From Octopus vulgaris (Eukaryota): DNA of 64,000 nt. The notes beneath the pieces were generated by a model. That model worked only from the letters and a program-made list of their open reading frames with translations, was not told where the DNA came from and ran no database searches. The position numbers and the translations under genes were made by a program. Positions 41,007 through 57,297 of this stretch are shown here, piece by piece. The DNA lies in assembly GCA_951406725.2 (NCBI GenBank), contig OX597818.1, positions 51,894,001 to 51,958,000 of the forward strand. The letters are read 5' to 3'. Each line of letters opens with the position of its first letter. Positions within the stretch are counted from its first letter, which is position 1.

Positions 41007-41256
41007 CGAAACAGCTGTCGTAAATTTCGAGCTCCATTTGTGTTTACTTTTTATACCTACGTCACGCTTAGAAGCCACTCGTGAGTTATATAAATTGGAT
41101 TTGGTACCTGCATATCTACGGTTTCCTGTCAACACCCACTTGAACTCTTCAGTGTTGTTTATTTCTCTATGCGCACAGTGTTATAGTACTTAACCATTGT
41201 TAACGTCCTAGGGTCGATACGACTTGATTCTGAAGGATCTTCATAGCAAAATCATA

Positions 41257-41340
<84 letters not shown>

Positions 41341-41354
41341 CTTACACACACATT

Positions 41355-41595
41355 CTTTTATTCTTTTACTTGCTTCATTCATTTGAAGGATCTTAGTCGA
41401 ACAAATTCGACCCAGGGAGTTATTATTTTTAAGCCTAGTACTTATTCTAGCAGTGTCATTAGCGAACTGCTAAGTTACGGTGACACAAAACACACCAGCA
41501 TCGCTTGTCAAATCAAGCGGTGTGGTTAGGAACAAACACAGACACAATGACACACACACATAAATATGTACATACATACATACATACATACATAA

Positions 41596-41655
<60 letters not shown>

Positions 41656-42225
41656 AAGATGAGCTTCTTTCAGCTTCCTTCGACCAAATTCATCCACAAG
41701 GCTTCGGTCGATCGGAGGCTATAGTAGAAGACACTTGCCCAAGGTGCCACGCATGGGACTGAACCCGGAACTCTGTCGGAATGTATGTATGTGCACACAC
41801 ACGCGCGCGCGCGCACCTACACATATAGCAGCAGGCGTAGCTGTGTGGTAAGAAGCGTGCTTCATAACTACATGGCTCCGGGCTCAGTCCCATTGCGTGG
41901 CACCTTGGGCAAGGATCTTCTATTGTAGTTTCAGGTGACCAAAGTCTTCTGTGTGGATCTGATAGATAGAAACTGAAGGAAGCCCGCCGTATATATACAT
42001 ATATATATATATATATGAATGTATTTCTGTGTCTGTGTTTGTCCCCCTACCATCACTTGACAACCGATGTTGGCCTGTTTGCATCACCGTAGCTTAGCGG
42101 TTCGGCAAAAGAGTCCGATAGAATAAGTACAAGGCTTACCAAAAATAAATCTTGGATCGATTTCTTCGATTAAAGGCAGTGCTCCAGCATAGCCGCAGTC
42201 AAATGACTGAAACAAGTACAAGAAA
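41355..42225. mobile_element. Two head-to-head SINE family A copies
   Basis: Minus copy ~41355-41770 and plus copy ~41833-42225. Confidence 0.8.
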
Positions 42226-42272
42226 TAAAAGAGAGATGAGATATATCTGTGTGTGACTGTGTGCTTATGTGA

Positions 42273-42388
<116 letters not shown>

Positions 42389-42431
42389 CACTATATCTAT
42401 GTATATATTTGAATATATGCATGTGTACGCA

Positions 42432-42523
<92 letters not shown>

Positions 42524-42568
42524 TTGTGGATCAAAATGTGCATACATAAGGTCACACATATATATATA

Positions 42569-42599
<31 letters not shown>

Positions 42600-42677
42600 G
42601 TATGTGTATGTATGTATTTATGTGTGAATTTATGTATGCATTTTGATCCACACCTTCTCGAGACTAAGGGACTACTG

Positions 42678-42760
<83 letters not shown>

Positions 42761-43007
42761 TGTATGTATGTATGTATTCAAATAATCGAATTAGGCTACT
42801 GTTTGGCAATGTATCACCAAAATCGAAAACTATAATTGTCATTAAATTTGTGCGTTGACTGCAGCACCAGAGCAATTTAGATCCTATTTCTGGCATTGTA
42901 AGTTTTCTAACACTTTCTGCCATTTGTATACATGTGAATATGCACAGGTATATATTTTCTCAGAATATAAATACATACGTATATCGAATATATAAATGTA
43001 CATATAC

Positions 43008-43062
<55 letters not shown>

Positions 43063-43310
43063 TTCTATGTGTGAGCGTGTGTGTATCTATGTGTGTGTCG
43101 TTTTGCTTGTGTTTGTAGTCGCACCACCGCTTGACAACGGGTATTAGTGTGTTTTCGTACCTGTAAATTAGCAGTTCAGCAAAAGAGAACGATAGAACAA
43201 TTACCAGGTTTCAAAATATGTAATGGTGTCAATTAGTGCGACTAAAATGCTTCAAGGTATTGCTCCAGCTTGGCCGCAATCAAATGACTGAAACTATTAA
43301 AAGAATAATA

Positions 43311-43377
<67 letters not shown>

Positions 43378-43861
43378 ATATATATATATATATATATAGA
43401 TATATATTTATTTATTTATATTTATTTATACACACATACATTCCATTATACATGTATTTATACATGCATACATAAATACATACATACATATACGTACATA
43501 TATATATATATATGTATGTGTATATATATATAAACATACACAAATACACACATATATATACCAACATACATACATACATACATACATGCATACGTGTCTT
43601 TGTGTGTGTGTATGTGTGTGCGCGCGCGCGTGTGTGTATGTGCGTGTGTGTGTGTCTGTGTGTGTGTGTATGAAAATAAATTCCTGGAAAACATTTGTTA
43701 AAATTTCCAAATTTTAATTCTGCAAATATTATTCAAATATTATGAATGTCTCATATAAATTAAAAGCTCAACCTCTCTCTATAGAAATTTAATAACTGTG
43801 CCCAAACAAATGTACTTCTAGATGACACAGCTTGGATTACAAACCATTTCTAGACATGTTA

Positions 43862-43921
<60 letters not shown>

Positions 43922-44010
43922 TCGCCCATGCATTCCGAGACTTGTAACCTGGTGTTGAACACAATATACATATGACTTAGAACAAAATGTTATATGTGTG
44001 TAGAGTGGTA

Positions 44011-44060
<50 letters not shown>

Positions 44061-44211
44061 GCATACACACATACATATATGTACGTACCTACATCTACAT
44101 GTAAATATATATATATATATACATTTAAAGTCTATCTTTAGCATGTTAGGAATCCACTTTGGTGGTCATTCTTCTTAATTTTGTATATATATATATACAT
44201 ATATTTAAATT

Positions 44212-44274
<63 letters not shown>

Positions 44275-44287
44275 AAATTTATATATA

Positions 44288-44520
44288 ATGGGTTGGCCAA
44301 AATTCACTCGACAGTAAATTAAGATTCCATAAATACTTAATATTCAATTTTATTTATTAATTTCTAAAAAAATGGTGCCGCTCAAGAAGGACTTCAGTTT
44401 GAACAATTTTCACATTGTTTCATATTTTGGTTCGTTTATTAAATTCATTCCCTTAAACGTAAATAAATCTTGGAATTAAATAGAATTGATTTACTGTCTG
44501 GTGACTTTTGGCTAACACTG
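44288..44520. mobile_element. Tc1/mariner-type MITE
   Basis: Imperfect ~30-bp TIRs GGGTTGGCCAAAATTCACTCGACAGTAAAT / ATTTACTGTCTGGTGACTTTTGGCTAACACTG within TA-rich flanks. Confidence 0.7.
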
Positions 44521-44563
44521 AGTATATATATATATATACGCACATATATATACACACACACAC

Positions 44564-44631
<68 letters not shown>

Positions 44632-44729
44632 ACGGAGGATTCACAAAAAAAATTAAATATGTGTGTATATATATATTATACATCTACACACACGCACGCA
44701 TACATACGTACATACATACATATATACAT

Positions 44730-44768
<39 letters not shown>

Positions 44769-45020
44769 CACATTAGAATTATGGAATTAAATGTAACGCT
44801 ATTGGTACTTCGGTGTAATCCTTGTTTTTAATAAGGCTGTGTGGTAAGAAGCTTACTTGCCAGCGACATGGTTCCGGGTTCAGTCCCACTGTGTGACACC
44901 TTGGGGAAGTGTCTTCTACAACTTCGGCCCGACCAAAGCAGTTATATATGCAGCCGTATATTTCATTTATCTGTCTTCACACACACGCTCACACATACAC
45001 AGAGAAACACACATATATAT

Positions 45021-45265
45021 AGTACAGTATTGATAATAAAGTGAATGAAGAATTTGAATAGTCAAACTTTGTTTATTTCCATTTAGCTTATCAAAGTTTG
45101 AATTATCAAATTTTCCAATTTCCTTGTTATCAATACTGTACTTTTCACTCCAAATCGGATGGGCGTTAAAGGAAGTTTACCATAAAACCCACCATCTGAA
45201 GGAACCAACCTTAGCATTTTATATATAGAAATTCGGTATTTGCCTTGAAATTATATTCCTCCTCT

Positions 45266-45268
<3 letters not shown>
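45021..45268. mobile_element. Short fold-back insertion with one-sided tail in (TA)n
   Basis: AGTACAGTATTGATAA...CAAACTTTG / CAAAGTTTG...TTATCAATACTGTACT, then a ~125-nt extension to (TA)n. Confidence 0.6.
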
Positions 45269-45304
<36 letters not shown>

Positions 45305-45328
45305 TATATAGACACACCCATGTACAAT

Positions 45329-45364
<36 letters not shown>

Positions 45365-45658
45365 TATATGTTTATGTATTTGTGGTTGTCCTCCACCTCA
45401 CCACTCGACACCGATGCTGGTTTGTTTACGACTCAACCATTAACTGAAACAAGCAAAAGATAAAAGATAATTTATATATCTTTTATGTTTGATGTTTGAT
45501 TTGTTTCAATCATTGGTCTGCGGCCATGCTGGGGCGTCACCTTGAAATTCCCCACGGTACTTATTTTTCAAGGCATATCGGGTGCGTAAACAAAGCAACA
45601 CCGGTTGTCATGCTGCAGTGGAGAAGAAATACAAAGACACAAACTCACACGCTCACGC

Positions 45659-45699
<41 letters not shown>

Positions 45700-45844
45700 T
45701 ATGCATGTATTTATGTATGTATATATATATATACATACATATGTATCTATGCACGTATGTATATATGTATATAAAAATACATAAATATACACATGCATGC
45801 TTATATATATATATATATACATATATATACACACATGTACATAA

Positions 45845-45897
<53 letters not shown>

Positions 45898-46166
45898 TAT
45901 GCATGTATTTATGTATATATATATATATATATATACATACATATGTATCTATGCACGTATGTATATATGTATATAAAAATACATAAATATACACATGCAT
46001 GCTTATATATATATATATATACATATATATACACACATGTACATAAATGTATATATATATATATATATATACTCATATGCATACATATTTTCATGCGTAT
46101 ATATAGATATATTACATATACTCATATATAAATGTGTTTTCTAGTGTGTGTATGTAATTATATATT

Positions 46167-46214
<48 letters not shown>

Positions 46215-46439
46215 GACATATATATATATATACTCACATATATATACACACACGTATTTATATATATCTATATATGCATATATGTACATACACACACATA
46301 TATATATGCATATGCATACATATATATGTGCGTTTATATTTATAGACACACATGTATTTATGTATATATATATATATAAGTGCGATATATTTGTACACGT
46401 TTACTTGTTTATGTGTTTGTGTATATATGCGTATACAAG

Positions 46440-46491
<52 letters not shown>

Positions 46492-47125
46492 GCACATACA
46501 TGTCTGCAAACATATTTTCGTCTCAAATTCTCAATATTAAGGGATATATTTGTCCTTGAGATAGAACTGGACATCACACTATTATATTCTTATCATTTAC
46601 AGTAAATATGTTGCAGCGTGTCTCTAATTAACAAATCATAATTATGTAGGAGTTAATTATTGATTTTGCATATATTTGACAACTTGGCAAATGAGCTTTA
46701 AATGGAATTATGGTGTGATGTCTAATGAACTCAATCAACCCTGCTATGCTACTGACTATGGAATTGGTACTATACCAAAATATTAAGTGATGAAATGAAA
46801 ATGGAGAGCATCAACGTAAAAGAGTGTCTTTATGAAAGGTTTCGTGTTATCCAGAATTGCATTGACACATTCTCTCTTTTTCTCTCTCTCTCTCCCTCTC
46901 TTCCTCTCTCCCTCTGACCTTCTATCTCTGTCTCTGTCTTTTTACCTATCTTTCACACTCGCATTTTCTTTCCTTCTCTTCCTTTTCTATTCATAAAACG
47001 ATTGATCATGATAGCGATATGTATATATATGTACATATATATATATATATACATAAATGCTTGTGTCTTTGTGCATGGGTGTGCCTGTGTATCTTTGTGT
47101 TTGTGTATATATGTATGTATACATG

Positions 47126-47204
<79 letters not shown>

Positions 47205-47206
47205 GT

Positions 47207-47413
<207 letters not shown>

Positions 47414-47878
47414 ATATATATATATATGTACATGTATACATATATATATATGTATATATATATATATACATACATATATATATATATATATATATTGATT
47501 TGCCTAATAGTGGTTTATCTCTAATTTAATATATAATATATATATATATATGTGTGTGTGTGTATGCATATATATATATGCATATATGTATGTATATATG
47601 TATGTATATATGTATGTATGTATGGGGGGTGTGCCAGTGTATCTCAGCACATATATATAAATATGTATGTGTGTATTTATATACATCATTTATACTTTTT
47701 TATATTTGTTTGTATATACATATACATAAATGTAAATACGCATTTACATTTAGATATATATATATATATATATATGCAAGGAATATGGATAAATATATAT
47801 ATACATATTATGTGCTTATATCTGTATATCTCTGCATATATATGTGTGTATATGAATATGAATCTATCTATCCATTTT

Positions 47879-47945
<67 letters not shown>

Positions 47946-49076
47946 GTCTGTGTGTGTATGTGTGTGTGTGTGTATAAGCTTACCTTCGTAATGGTATCGT
48001 AATGGTATATGTATATACCATTGTAAGTGTATGTATATGTCTATGTATAGACATATACAGAAAATGGATTTACTCTCTATACCTACGGTGAACGTTCTGC
48101 ATTCTTCATACACATTCGTTAGTTCTTAGAAACGTTATGAAATGAGGTAGAAAGAAAATTAACAACAATTAGCTTGGATTATCCTTGATATGAGGGGCCA
48201 ATGGAGGTGAGAATACGTCGCTGAAGGGATTGAAAAGATCGAAACCTATCCTCATTTTGTTCTAAATCTGTTAAACAAAAATTGTGAACCTTACATATAC
48301 AAACATAGTTACAATTTACATATATGTGTATGTGTGTGTTTGTATTTAATAACAATAATTCTAGGATGGTATGCTTGTTACATATAACAATGATACTAGG
48401 ACAGCTAATACTTTGCTACGCGCGTTTCCACTATTCTCATGACGTCCATCCCAGGAGTATTGTTGTTATTATTATTATATTTATCTTGATGCAACCCCGA
48501 AAGTCTGGCTCATTAAAGTGCATCGTTAGAGGTGGCTGGGATACTTTATTTGCATATTCAAAACATTACCATGAACAAATATAAAATATATGTATATCTA
48601 TATATATATGTATATATACGTAATTATATGTGTGTGTGTGTGTATGTGTGTGTATGTGTGTGTATGTATATAAATATGTAAATATATGTCTGTGAGTATG
48701 TGTTTGTGCTTATGTATATGCATATACATATATGCATGTATATATATATATGTGTATGTATACATGTATATATATGTACGTATATATTTATATATATATA
48801 TGTACGTATATATATATATGTATGTGTATATATGTATGTATATGTATATATATATGTATATACATGCATACATACACATACACACATATATATATGTATA
48901 TATATAAATATATATATATATATATGTAAATGAAAAGTGTATAAACAAACGACATAATTTGTATTGAATGTAAAGACGAGCAGGAGACAAACAGAATGTC
49001 CGTAATTCTTCGTCAATTATCGACCAATTGGCAATATTCAGTTTGGCACCTACATTTATACACACACACACACGCG

Positions 49077-49131
<55 letters not shown>

Positions 49132-49199
49132 CCACGCACACACTAAACATTCACATACATGTATGCACGTGTATCGGTGTGTATGTACGTATGTTTCTC

Positions 49200-49274
<75 letters not shown>

Positions 49275-49275
49275 A

Positions 49276-49318
<43 letters not shown>

Positions 49319-49327
49319 AACATATAC

Positions 49328-49365
<38 letters not shown>

Positions 49366-49384
49366 TACATATGTACATACACAC

Positions 49385-49440
<56 letters not shown>

Positions 49441-49465
49441 ATACGTATATGTCTGTATTTTCCAA

Positions 49466-49504
<39 letters not shown>

Positions 49505-49828
49505 TAGCGTTAGAGAATGCAACGCAAGCGTAGTGTAAATGTGTAAATATTCAGGTAGTAGTGCTCAGATAAATGGAACGTTAAATTCCAGCTTCTTCAT
49601 CCAGGACATTTACATCCGGTGGAGAAAGTTGGCCAAACGACCGTTCCTCGTCAAACGGTTTCCGAAGCAGAAAGATAGGCAAACAGAAACGGGGTGAACG
49701 TGTAATATTTACATCAAATAAAAATATTACGTAACTCGCTGTCTTACCTTGTATTTCCTAATCTGTATTTTGTATTCTATGTAACTAAATACATGTTAAG
49801 CGTCCGTGTGTTTATCTGTCTTTCTACC

Positions 49829-49886
<58 letters not shown>

Positions 49887-49983
49887 TATATATATTTATA
49901 TATTTATATATATATATGTATATAAACATATATATATATGTATATATACATACATGTATCTCCGTGTGTATGCATGTGTTTAC

Positions 49984-50029
<46 letters not shown>

Positions 50030-50176
50030 TCATCCATGTGCATACAGTGTACATATATATGTGTATGGGTGAGGTGGACTATGCACATTCTTAAATACAC
50101 GTATGCTTGTTACATGTAACACAGAAAATTGAAAACTTCGATGATCTGAGAAAGTCGACTGAGGGAACACATTTTA

Positions 50177-50219
50177 CTGATGAGATCCAACAATATCGAA
50201 ACATGCCAGTTGGTGTCAG
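50177..50219 (+). ncRNA. Hammerhead ribozyme core
   Basis: CTGATGA-GAT ccaacaat ATC-GAAA-CA tg CCA gt TGG TGT-C. Helix I pairing is not evident. Confidence 0.6.
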
Positions 50220-50457
50220 CATTTTACTTATAAATTTTTTGATTAAAAATTCAGAATTGGTTGGAGCGATTAGAATCATTTCGCTTCTTTATTACATTCG
50301 GAGAAAATTTCTAAATTAATTTTCGGATTTTTGCTTGCAATAAAAATCTCATAAGGCTAAAAATTTTAACACTCCGCTATATCATATGTGACATCCTACA
50401 GGATATGTGTCTAAATTGCAAACTGCTCTACTCGAGATATTTACCCTACAGCTCTGT

Positions 50458-50491
<34 letters not shown>

Positions 50492-50520
50492 TGTAAACAC
50501 ACATATATATATACACATGC

Positions 50521-50551
<31 letters not shown>

Positions 50552-50663
50552 CATGTGTGTATATACATACATATATACGTATACATATATTTATATATTC
50601 ATGCATATGCATGTATATAAACATACATGTATGCATAAGCATTTATTTATTTATATATACATG

Positions 50664-50711
<48 letters not shown>

Positions 50712-50836
50712 CACATACACACACATTCTTGTACTATCATGATTTTGTATGTATATTTATATGTATGTACACATTTGTACATATATATTTGTATCCATCT
50801 ATCTCTCTATATATGTATATACATAATACACACACA

Positions 50837-50923
<87 letters not shown>

Positions 50924-50983
50924 ATACACGCACGAGCGCATATATATATAGATAGATTGGTGGATAGATAGATAGATAAATAA

Positions 50984-51109
50984 GTTTCTTTATTAGCCAT
51001 ACATTGCCGAACAGGGCCGAACACAGAGGGGACAAAATACAATGTAGAGCTTTTCATTCCGGAAAAACAAAAGGAGAAAAATAAAATTCCGATTAAAAGG
51101 GATCGTAAG

Positions 51110-51110
<1 letters not shown>
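50984..51110 (-). mobile_element. Short 3' terminal fragment of the LINE seen at 1849-2440
   Basis: Shares GTTTCTTTATTAGCCA, GTAGAGCTTTTC and CGATTAAAAGGG.TCGTAA with it. Confidence 0.7.
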
Positions 51111-51146
<36 letters not shown>

Positions 51147-51147
51147 T

Positions 51148-51179
<32 letters not shown>

Positions 51180-51477
51180 GTGAGTGGATAGAATATAATT
51201 TGCCGATGCGACTGAATTGGATCGAAGCATGTCTGATTATATCAGAAGTTGGTTTAATGGAACTATCCTGAATTCATTCTATTTTTTATTTTTACCCGCA
51301 AACTAGATATAACACAAGTTATCTTTATCCCTTTTTGCTTTTAGTTTAATCCTTCTGAATCCAATGTGCCCGTGATCACCCCTGGTTCTGTGATACCCAA
51401 TTCATGTTTGAAGCGATGGAAATTAAGATCTTCCATTAATATCCAGTTTTAAGTTATAATTCAAACACCATCCTTAT

Positions 51478-51643
51478 AGGAGTGGCTGTGTGGTAAGTAG
51501 CTTGCTTACCAGCCACATGTTTCCGGGTTCAGTCCCACTGCGTGGCACCTTGGGCAAGTGTCTTCTACTTTAGCCTCAGGCCGACCGAGGCCTTCTGAGT
51601 GGATTTGGTAGAGGGAAACTGAAAGAAGACCGTCGTATATATG

Positions 51644-51729
<86 letters not shown>

Positions 51730-51950
51730 CGTGTGTGTGTTTGTATGTCTGTGTTTGTCCCCCAACATCGCTTGACAACCGATGCTGGTGTGTTTACGTC
51801 CCCGTAACTTAGCGGTTCTGCAAAAGAGACCGATAGAATAAGTACTAAGGTTACAAAGAATAAGTCCTGGGGTCGATTTGCTCGACTAAAGGCGGTGCTC
51901 CAGCATGGCCGCAGTCAAATGACTGAAACAAGTAAAAAAGTAGAGAGTAA
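51478..51950 (+). mobile_element. SINE family A, full length
   Basis: Complete head, internal (TA)n(TG)n and tail. Confidence 0.9.
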
Positions 51951-52228
51951 AGACAGATATATTTTTCTAAGACCTTTATTGTTTTAAAAATTGATTGGCT
52001 AAAAATGCAATGTCTATCAACAAAAATATAGTAAAACAATAATAATAACAGATAAAATTTAATCTATGTTTAAGAATCAATGAGGCTATAAAAGCGAATT
52101 TCTACATACATACATACACATATTTGTGTGTTCATATATGGCTATATGTGTGCATGTGTATATAATAATAATAATAATAAAAATAAGAAGAAGAATAATG
52201 ATAATGACGATGATGGTGATGATGATGG

Positions 52229-52271
<43 letters not shown>

Positions 52272-52426
52272 GATGATGATGATGATGATGATGATAATAA
52301 TAATAATATAATAATAATAATAATAATAATAACAACAACCATAACAACAACAACAACAATAATAATAATAACAATAATAATAATAACAATAATAATAATG
52401 ACAATAATAATAATAATAATCATAAC

Positions 52427-52478
<52 letters not shown>

Positions 52479-53340
52479 GCAACAGTGATACATAATGTAA
52501 TATAGAACAAATATATATTCCAAGTTGAGCCGTCCGCACGTCGGGAAGACTCAAAAATGCAATGAACTCCATCAAACGAAATGAATTATTGTATGATGTG
52601 TGTATGTGTGTGTCCTTTTTATTTGTTTATTTGTTTCAGTCATTTGACTGCGGCCATGCACTGTCTTTTAGTCGAACAAATCGACCCCGGATTTGTAAAC
52701 CTACTACTTATTCTAGCTTTCTCTTTTGCCAAACCGCTAAGTTACGGGGTGGACAGGACACTGGTCTGTCGCAAAGTTAGTCATTTTTACCAGCTGAGCG
52801 GACTGGAGCAACGTGAAATGAAGTGTTTTGGTCAAGAACAGCGCATCGTCCGGTGCAGGAATCGAAACCACAATCAATCCCATGGCTACTTGGGGTACTA
52901 TTATGCAGAGAGGCGGTTAAGAAACCCCTAAAATATTTGTGATTCTCGTGGGATATAAGAAGTGGATAAATTGCCAAGCCTATTCGCGGAAAAGACTTTC
53001 GCTTGTTTTATTTCTGCTGTGAAATACAGTCAGAGTTGCTTTGCACAATCGGTATTACGATTACGCAGAAAGTAATTGGAAGCGGTTTCGTGTTCGGTGT
53101 CGACATTCCCTGTCTTTTTTTGAGTTTTTTTTACCTCTGTTGACTAATGCCTTAATAAATCTTATCGAAAATTTATTACATATAATTTATAACATGAAAT
53201 AGTTAATCTTTCATCTTACAACATAAACATATGCTATGCATGCATGAAAATGCGTTTGTATGTATGCATGCACGTGTACATATATAGATGACGGAGATAT
53301 ACATACATACATATATACATACATACATACATACATATCA

Positions 53341-53394
<54 letters not shown>

Positions 53395-54314
53395 CATATA
53401 CGCACACACACAGGTTTGTGTGTGTGTATGTGTTTGTGTGTCTGTGTTTAGCCCACACCATCGCATGTTGACCGATGTTGGTGTGTTTACGTCCTCGAAA
53501 CTTTGCAGTTCAGCACAAGTGCCCAATAGAATAAGAACTAGGTTTGCAAAGAATAAGTCCTGGGGGGGGGGGGCAGTTTGTTCGACTCAAGGCGGTGCTC
53601 CAGCATGGCCGCAGCCAAATGACTGAAACAAGTAAAAGAATAAAAGAATATATATATATATATATATAGTGCATATATGTTAATATTAGCGTGTGCATGC
53701 TTGCATGCATCCGTGTGTGAGTGTGTGTGTCTTTTTTGCGTATATATATATATATATATATATATATGAGTGTGTGTGTGTGTTTGTGTGTGTTTTAGAT
53801 ATGCATGCATGTACACAGGCTTGTCCAAATGTAAGTTGATGCCACTAATTTCTAGAGACAAAATGATTTCTTTTGATGTATCCCTAAACGCTTACTCAAC
53901 TATTTAATAGACATAACGTGTGTGCTTAATACATTCACGTGTTTGAAGCATTAGGTAGGGTCTGCTCAGGTAAAAATGTGTAATGAAGCGTATCCGTACA
54001 CTTTTGAGAGTGTATGTGTTTGTATATATATATATATTTGTATATCACGTGACCACGTGACCGACCAGGCTATCAGACGCTGTTACACATCGCTGGTCAC
54101 AATGCGTTTTGGCATTGTTTTAGCCTTCAGATGACGCCAACCCACTGGGTAGGCGAGCAGGCCAACGTCCCCCACCCTGATCGAAAGCGGGTACTGGAGC
54201 AGCGTGAAATGAAGTGTTTTGCTCAAGAACACGACGCGTCGGCCTGTCAGGGAATGGAACCCATGATCTAGCGATCGTGAGTGCCACAGCCTAGGCCACG
54301 CGCCTTCGCATATT

Positions 54315-54358
<44 letters not shown>

Positions 54359-54726
54359 AGTGTGTGTGTGTGTGTGTGTATAAATATATACATATATACG
54401 TATATATTTGTGTGTATACATATATACACATATGTTGTGAGCCTTTATGTGTATATAGCAGAATCCCCATACATTTTAAAAGCTATTTACAAAGCATGTT
54501 TTTGTTGGATTTATATGATTTAAACATTCGAGATTACGACTGTGGGTAAAATAATTTAACAAATGCAGCTGTTTCTTTTCTTTAAAAAAATTTTTTTTTA
54601 AATTCTCGTAATAGTAATCCTAAAATCTATATTCTAACCTACAAAACCTATCTTTAAACTCTAAAATTATACTGTTACCTTAAGCAGGATCCTAACTCTA
54701 ATCGTAGCTGAATTTTTTTCCTATAT

Positions 54727-54944
54727 ACTCTTTTACTCTTTTACTCTTTTACTTGTTTCAGTCATTTGACTGCGGCCATGCTGGAGCATCGCCTTTAGTC
54801 GAGCAAATCGATCCCAGGACTTATTCTTTGTAAGCCCAGTACTTATTGTATCGGTCTCTTTTGCCGAACCGCTAAGTGACGGGGACGTAAACACACCAGC
54901 ATCGGTTGTCAAGCAATGCTAGGGGGACAAAGACAGACACACAA

Positions 54945-55005
<61 letters not shown>

Positions 55006-55158
55006 CATATATACGACAGGCTTCTTTCAGTTTCCGTCTACCAAATCCACTCACAAAGCATTGGTCGGCCCGGGGCTATAGCAGAGAGCACTTGCCCAAG
55101 ATGCCACGCAGTGGGACTGAACCCGGAACCATGTGGTTGGTTAGCAAGCTACTTACCA
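54727..55158 (-). mobile_element. SINE family A, near full length
   Basis: Reverse complement of the family consensus with an (ACTCTTTT)n tail. Confidence 0.9.
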
Positions 55159-55604
55159 CGATTGCAATCTAACATGTAACACGAGCAAATTTTACGAAAA
55201 ACATCAGAAACGGAGCCGTTACTGCGGTATGTGCACTCCGGAAGTAGGTATATTTTTTAGCGAAATTTTAAAAAACTTTCAGAATAATAATGCAGATTTC
55301 TTCAAAAGAAAATATGTAAATATAGAATAAAGGTAAGGTAGCTGGTTGTTCATAATTCATAAACCCACACCATTATATACTTTTGACGTGTGTACACACA
55401 CACACACGCACATACTCACACATATATCGTGGCTGTGTGGTAAGTATGTGTCCCAACCACATGGTTCCAGGTTCGTTTCCACTGCGTGGGTAAGTGCCTA
55501 ATACCATAGGTCGTGGGTCAACCAAAGCCTTGGGAGTGGATTTGGTAGACGGGAACTGAAAGAAGCCTATCTTGTATATATATGCATAAATATTTAAGAG
55601 AGAG

Positions 55605-55689
<85 letters not shown>

Positions 55690-56074
55690 GTGTTGCTTTG
55701 CTTACGTTACCATAACGTAGCAGTTCGGCAAAAGGGCATGATAAAATAAGCACCAGGTTTTTTTAAAAATCAGTACTGAGGTCTACTTGCCAGGCTAAAA
55801 TCCCTTTCAGGGCAGTGCCCCAGCATGGCCGCAGCCTAATGACTGAATTTCTATGACATACACATTGTTCAATATACTTTTCTGCTCTAAGCACAGGGCC
55901 AGAAATTTTTGGAGAGGGGCCAGTCGCATTACACCACACAACACCACACACACATATACACGACGGCTTCCACACAGTTTCTGTTTACCAAATTCGCCCT
56001 CAAGACCTTGGTCGGACCCGTTTTATAGTAGAAGGCATTTGACCAAGATGCCACACAATGGAGCTGAACCTGCG

Positions 56075-56227
56075 TGGCTGTGGGTAAGTAGCTTGCTAAC
56101 CAACCACATGGTCCCGGGTTCAGTCCCACTGCGTGGCACCTTGGTCAAGTGTTTTCTACTATAGCCTCGGGCCGACCAAAGCCTTGTGAGTGGATTTGGT
56201 AGACGGAAACTGGAAGAATCCCGTCGC

Positions 56228-56276
<49 letters not shown>

Positions 56277-56487
56277 TGTGTTTGTCCCCCCAACATCGCT
56301 TGACAATCGATGCTGGTGTGTTTTCGTCCCCGTAACTTAGCGGTTCGGCAAAACAGACCGATAGAATAAGTATTAGGCTTACAAAGAATAAGCTCTGGGG
56401 TCGATTTGCACGACTATAAAGTCGGTGCTCCAGCATGGCTGTGCAGTCAAATGACTGAAACAAGTAAAAGAGTAAAAGAGTAAAAAG
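56075..56487 (+). mobile_element. SINE family A
   Basis: Head-to-tail similarity to other copies. Confidence 0.9.
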
Positions 56488-56654
56488 TGAGTATCCATGC
56501 TTGTGCCTAATTCAGTTTAATTCCAAATAAATGTAAGCAAAGCATAACTATTAGCTTATCCAGTGTATCAAATATTAACAGAAAAGAGAGTATTAACAGA
56601 GTAGAACTAAAAACGCAAGGACACAAAACGTGATGAAGATCCGCGTCTGTAAGC

Positions 56655-57284
56655 CAGAGGCTCTCAACCATGAAACCATTTAATTCTTATTTTACTTAGG
56701 AAGACCATGATATCCATTTGTTGTTTAAAACAATCGTATTGCTTTTTTTAGAATTTAATGTTATTGGGAATTGCATAAAACCATTAAGACATTTTGGTGT
56801 TTTGTAGAAGTATGACCATAAATTTTAACAAAATCTTAACTGGTGTGGCTGTGTGGTAAGAAGCTTGCTTACCAACCAAATGGTTCCGGGTTTAGTCCCA
56901 CTGCGTAGACCCTTGGGTAAGTGTCTTCTACTATAGCCTCAGGCCGACCAAAGCCTTGTGAGTGGGATTTGGTAGACGGAAACTGAAAGAAGCCCGACGT
57001 ATATATGTATATATATATGTATATGTGTGTGTGTGTTTGTCCCCCTCCAACATCGGTTGACAACCGATGCTGGTGTGATTACGTCCCCGTAACTTAGCTG
57101 TTCGGCAAAAGAGACCGATTGAATAAGTACTGGGCGTAGGAAGAATAAGCTCTGGGGTCGATTTGCTCGATTATAAAGGCGGTGCTCCAGCATGGCCGCA
57201 GTCAAATGAGTGACACAAGTAAAAGAGTAAAAGAGAGTTAAGAGTATCCGCAAAGGTCACATGGATCCCGGTTGAGAACCACTG
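56655..57284. mobile_element. hAT/Charlie-like MITE interrupted by SINE family A (56842-57240)
   Basis: TIRs CAGAGGCTCTCAACC / GGTTGAGAACCACTG; no clear TSD. Confidence 0.6.
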
Positions 57285-57297
57285 GTGTTGATGGATA

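Noticed and set aside
51203-51236. CCGATGC...GAAGCATGTC resembling a hammerhead
   Set aside because: It would need three core substitutions, so it is indistinguishable from chance by eye.
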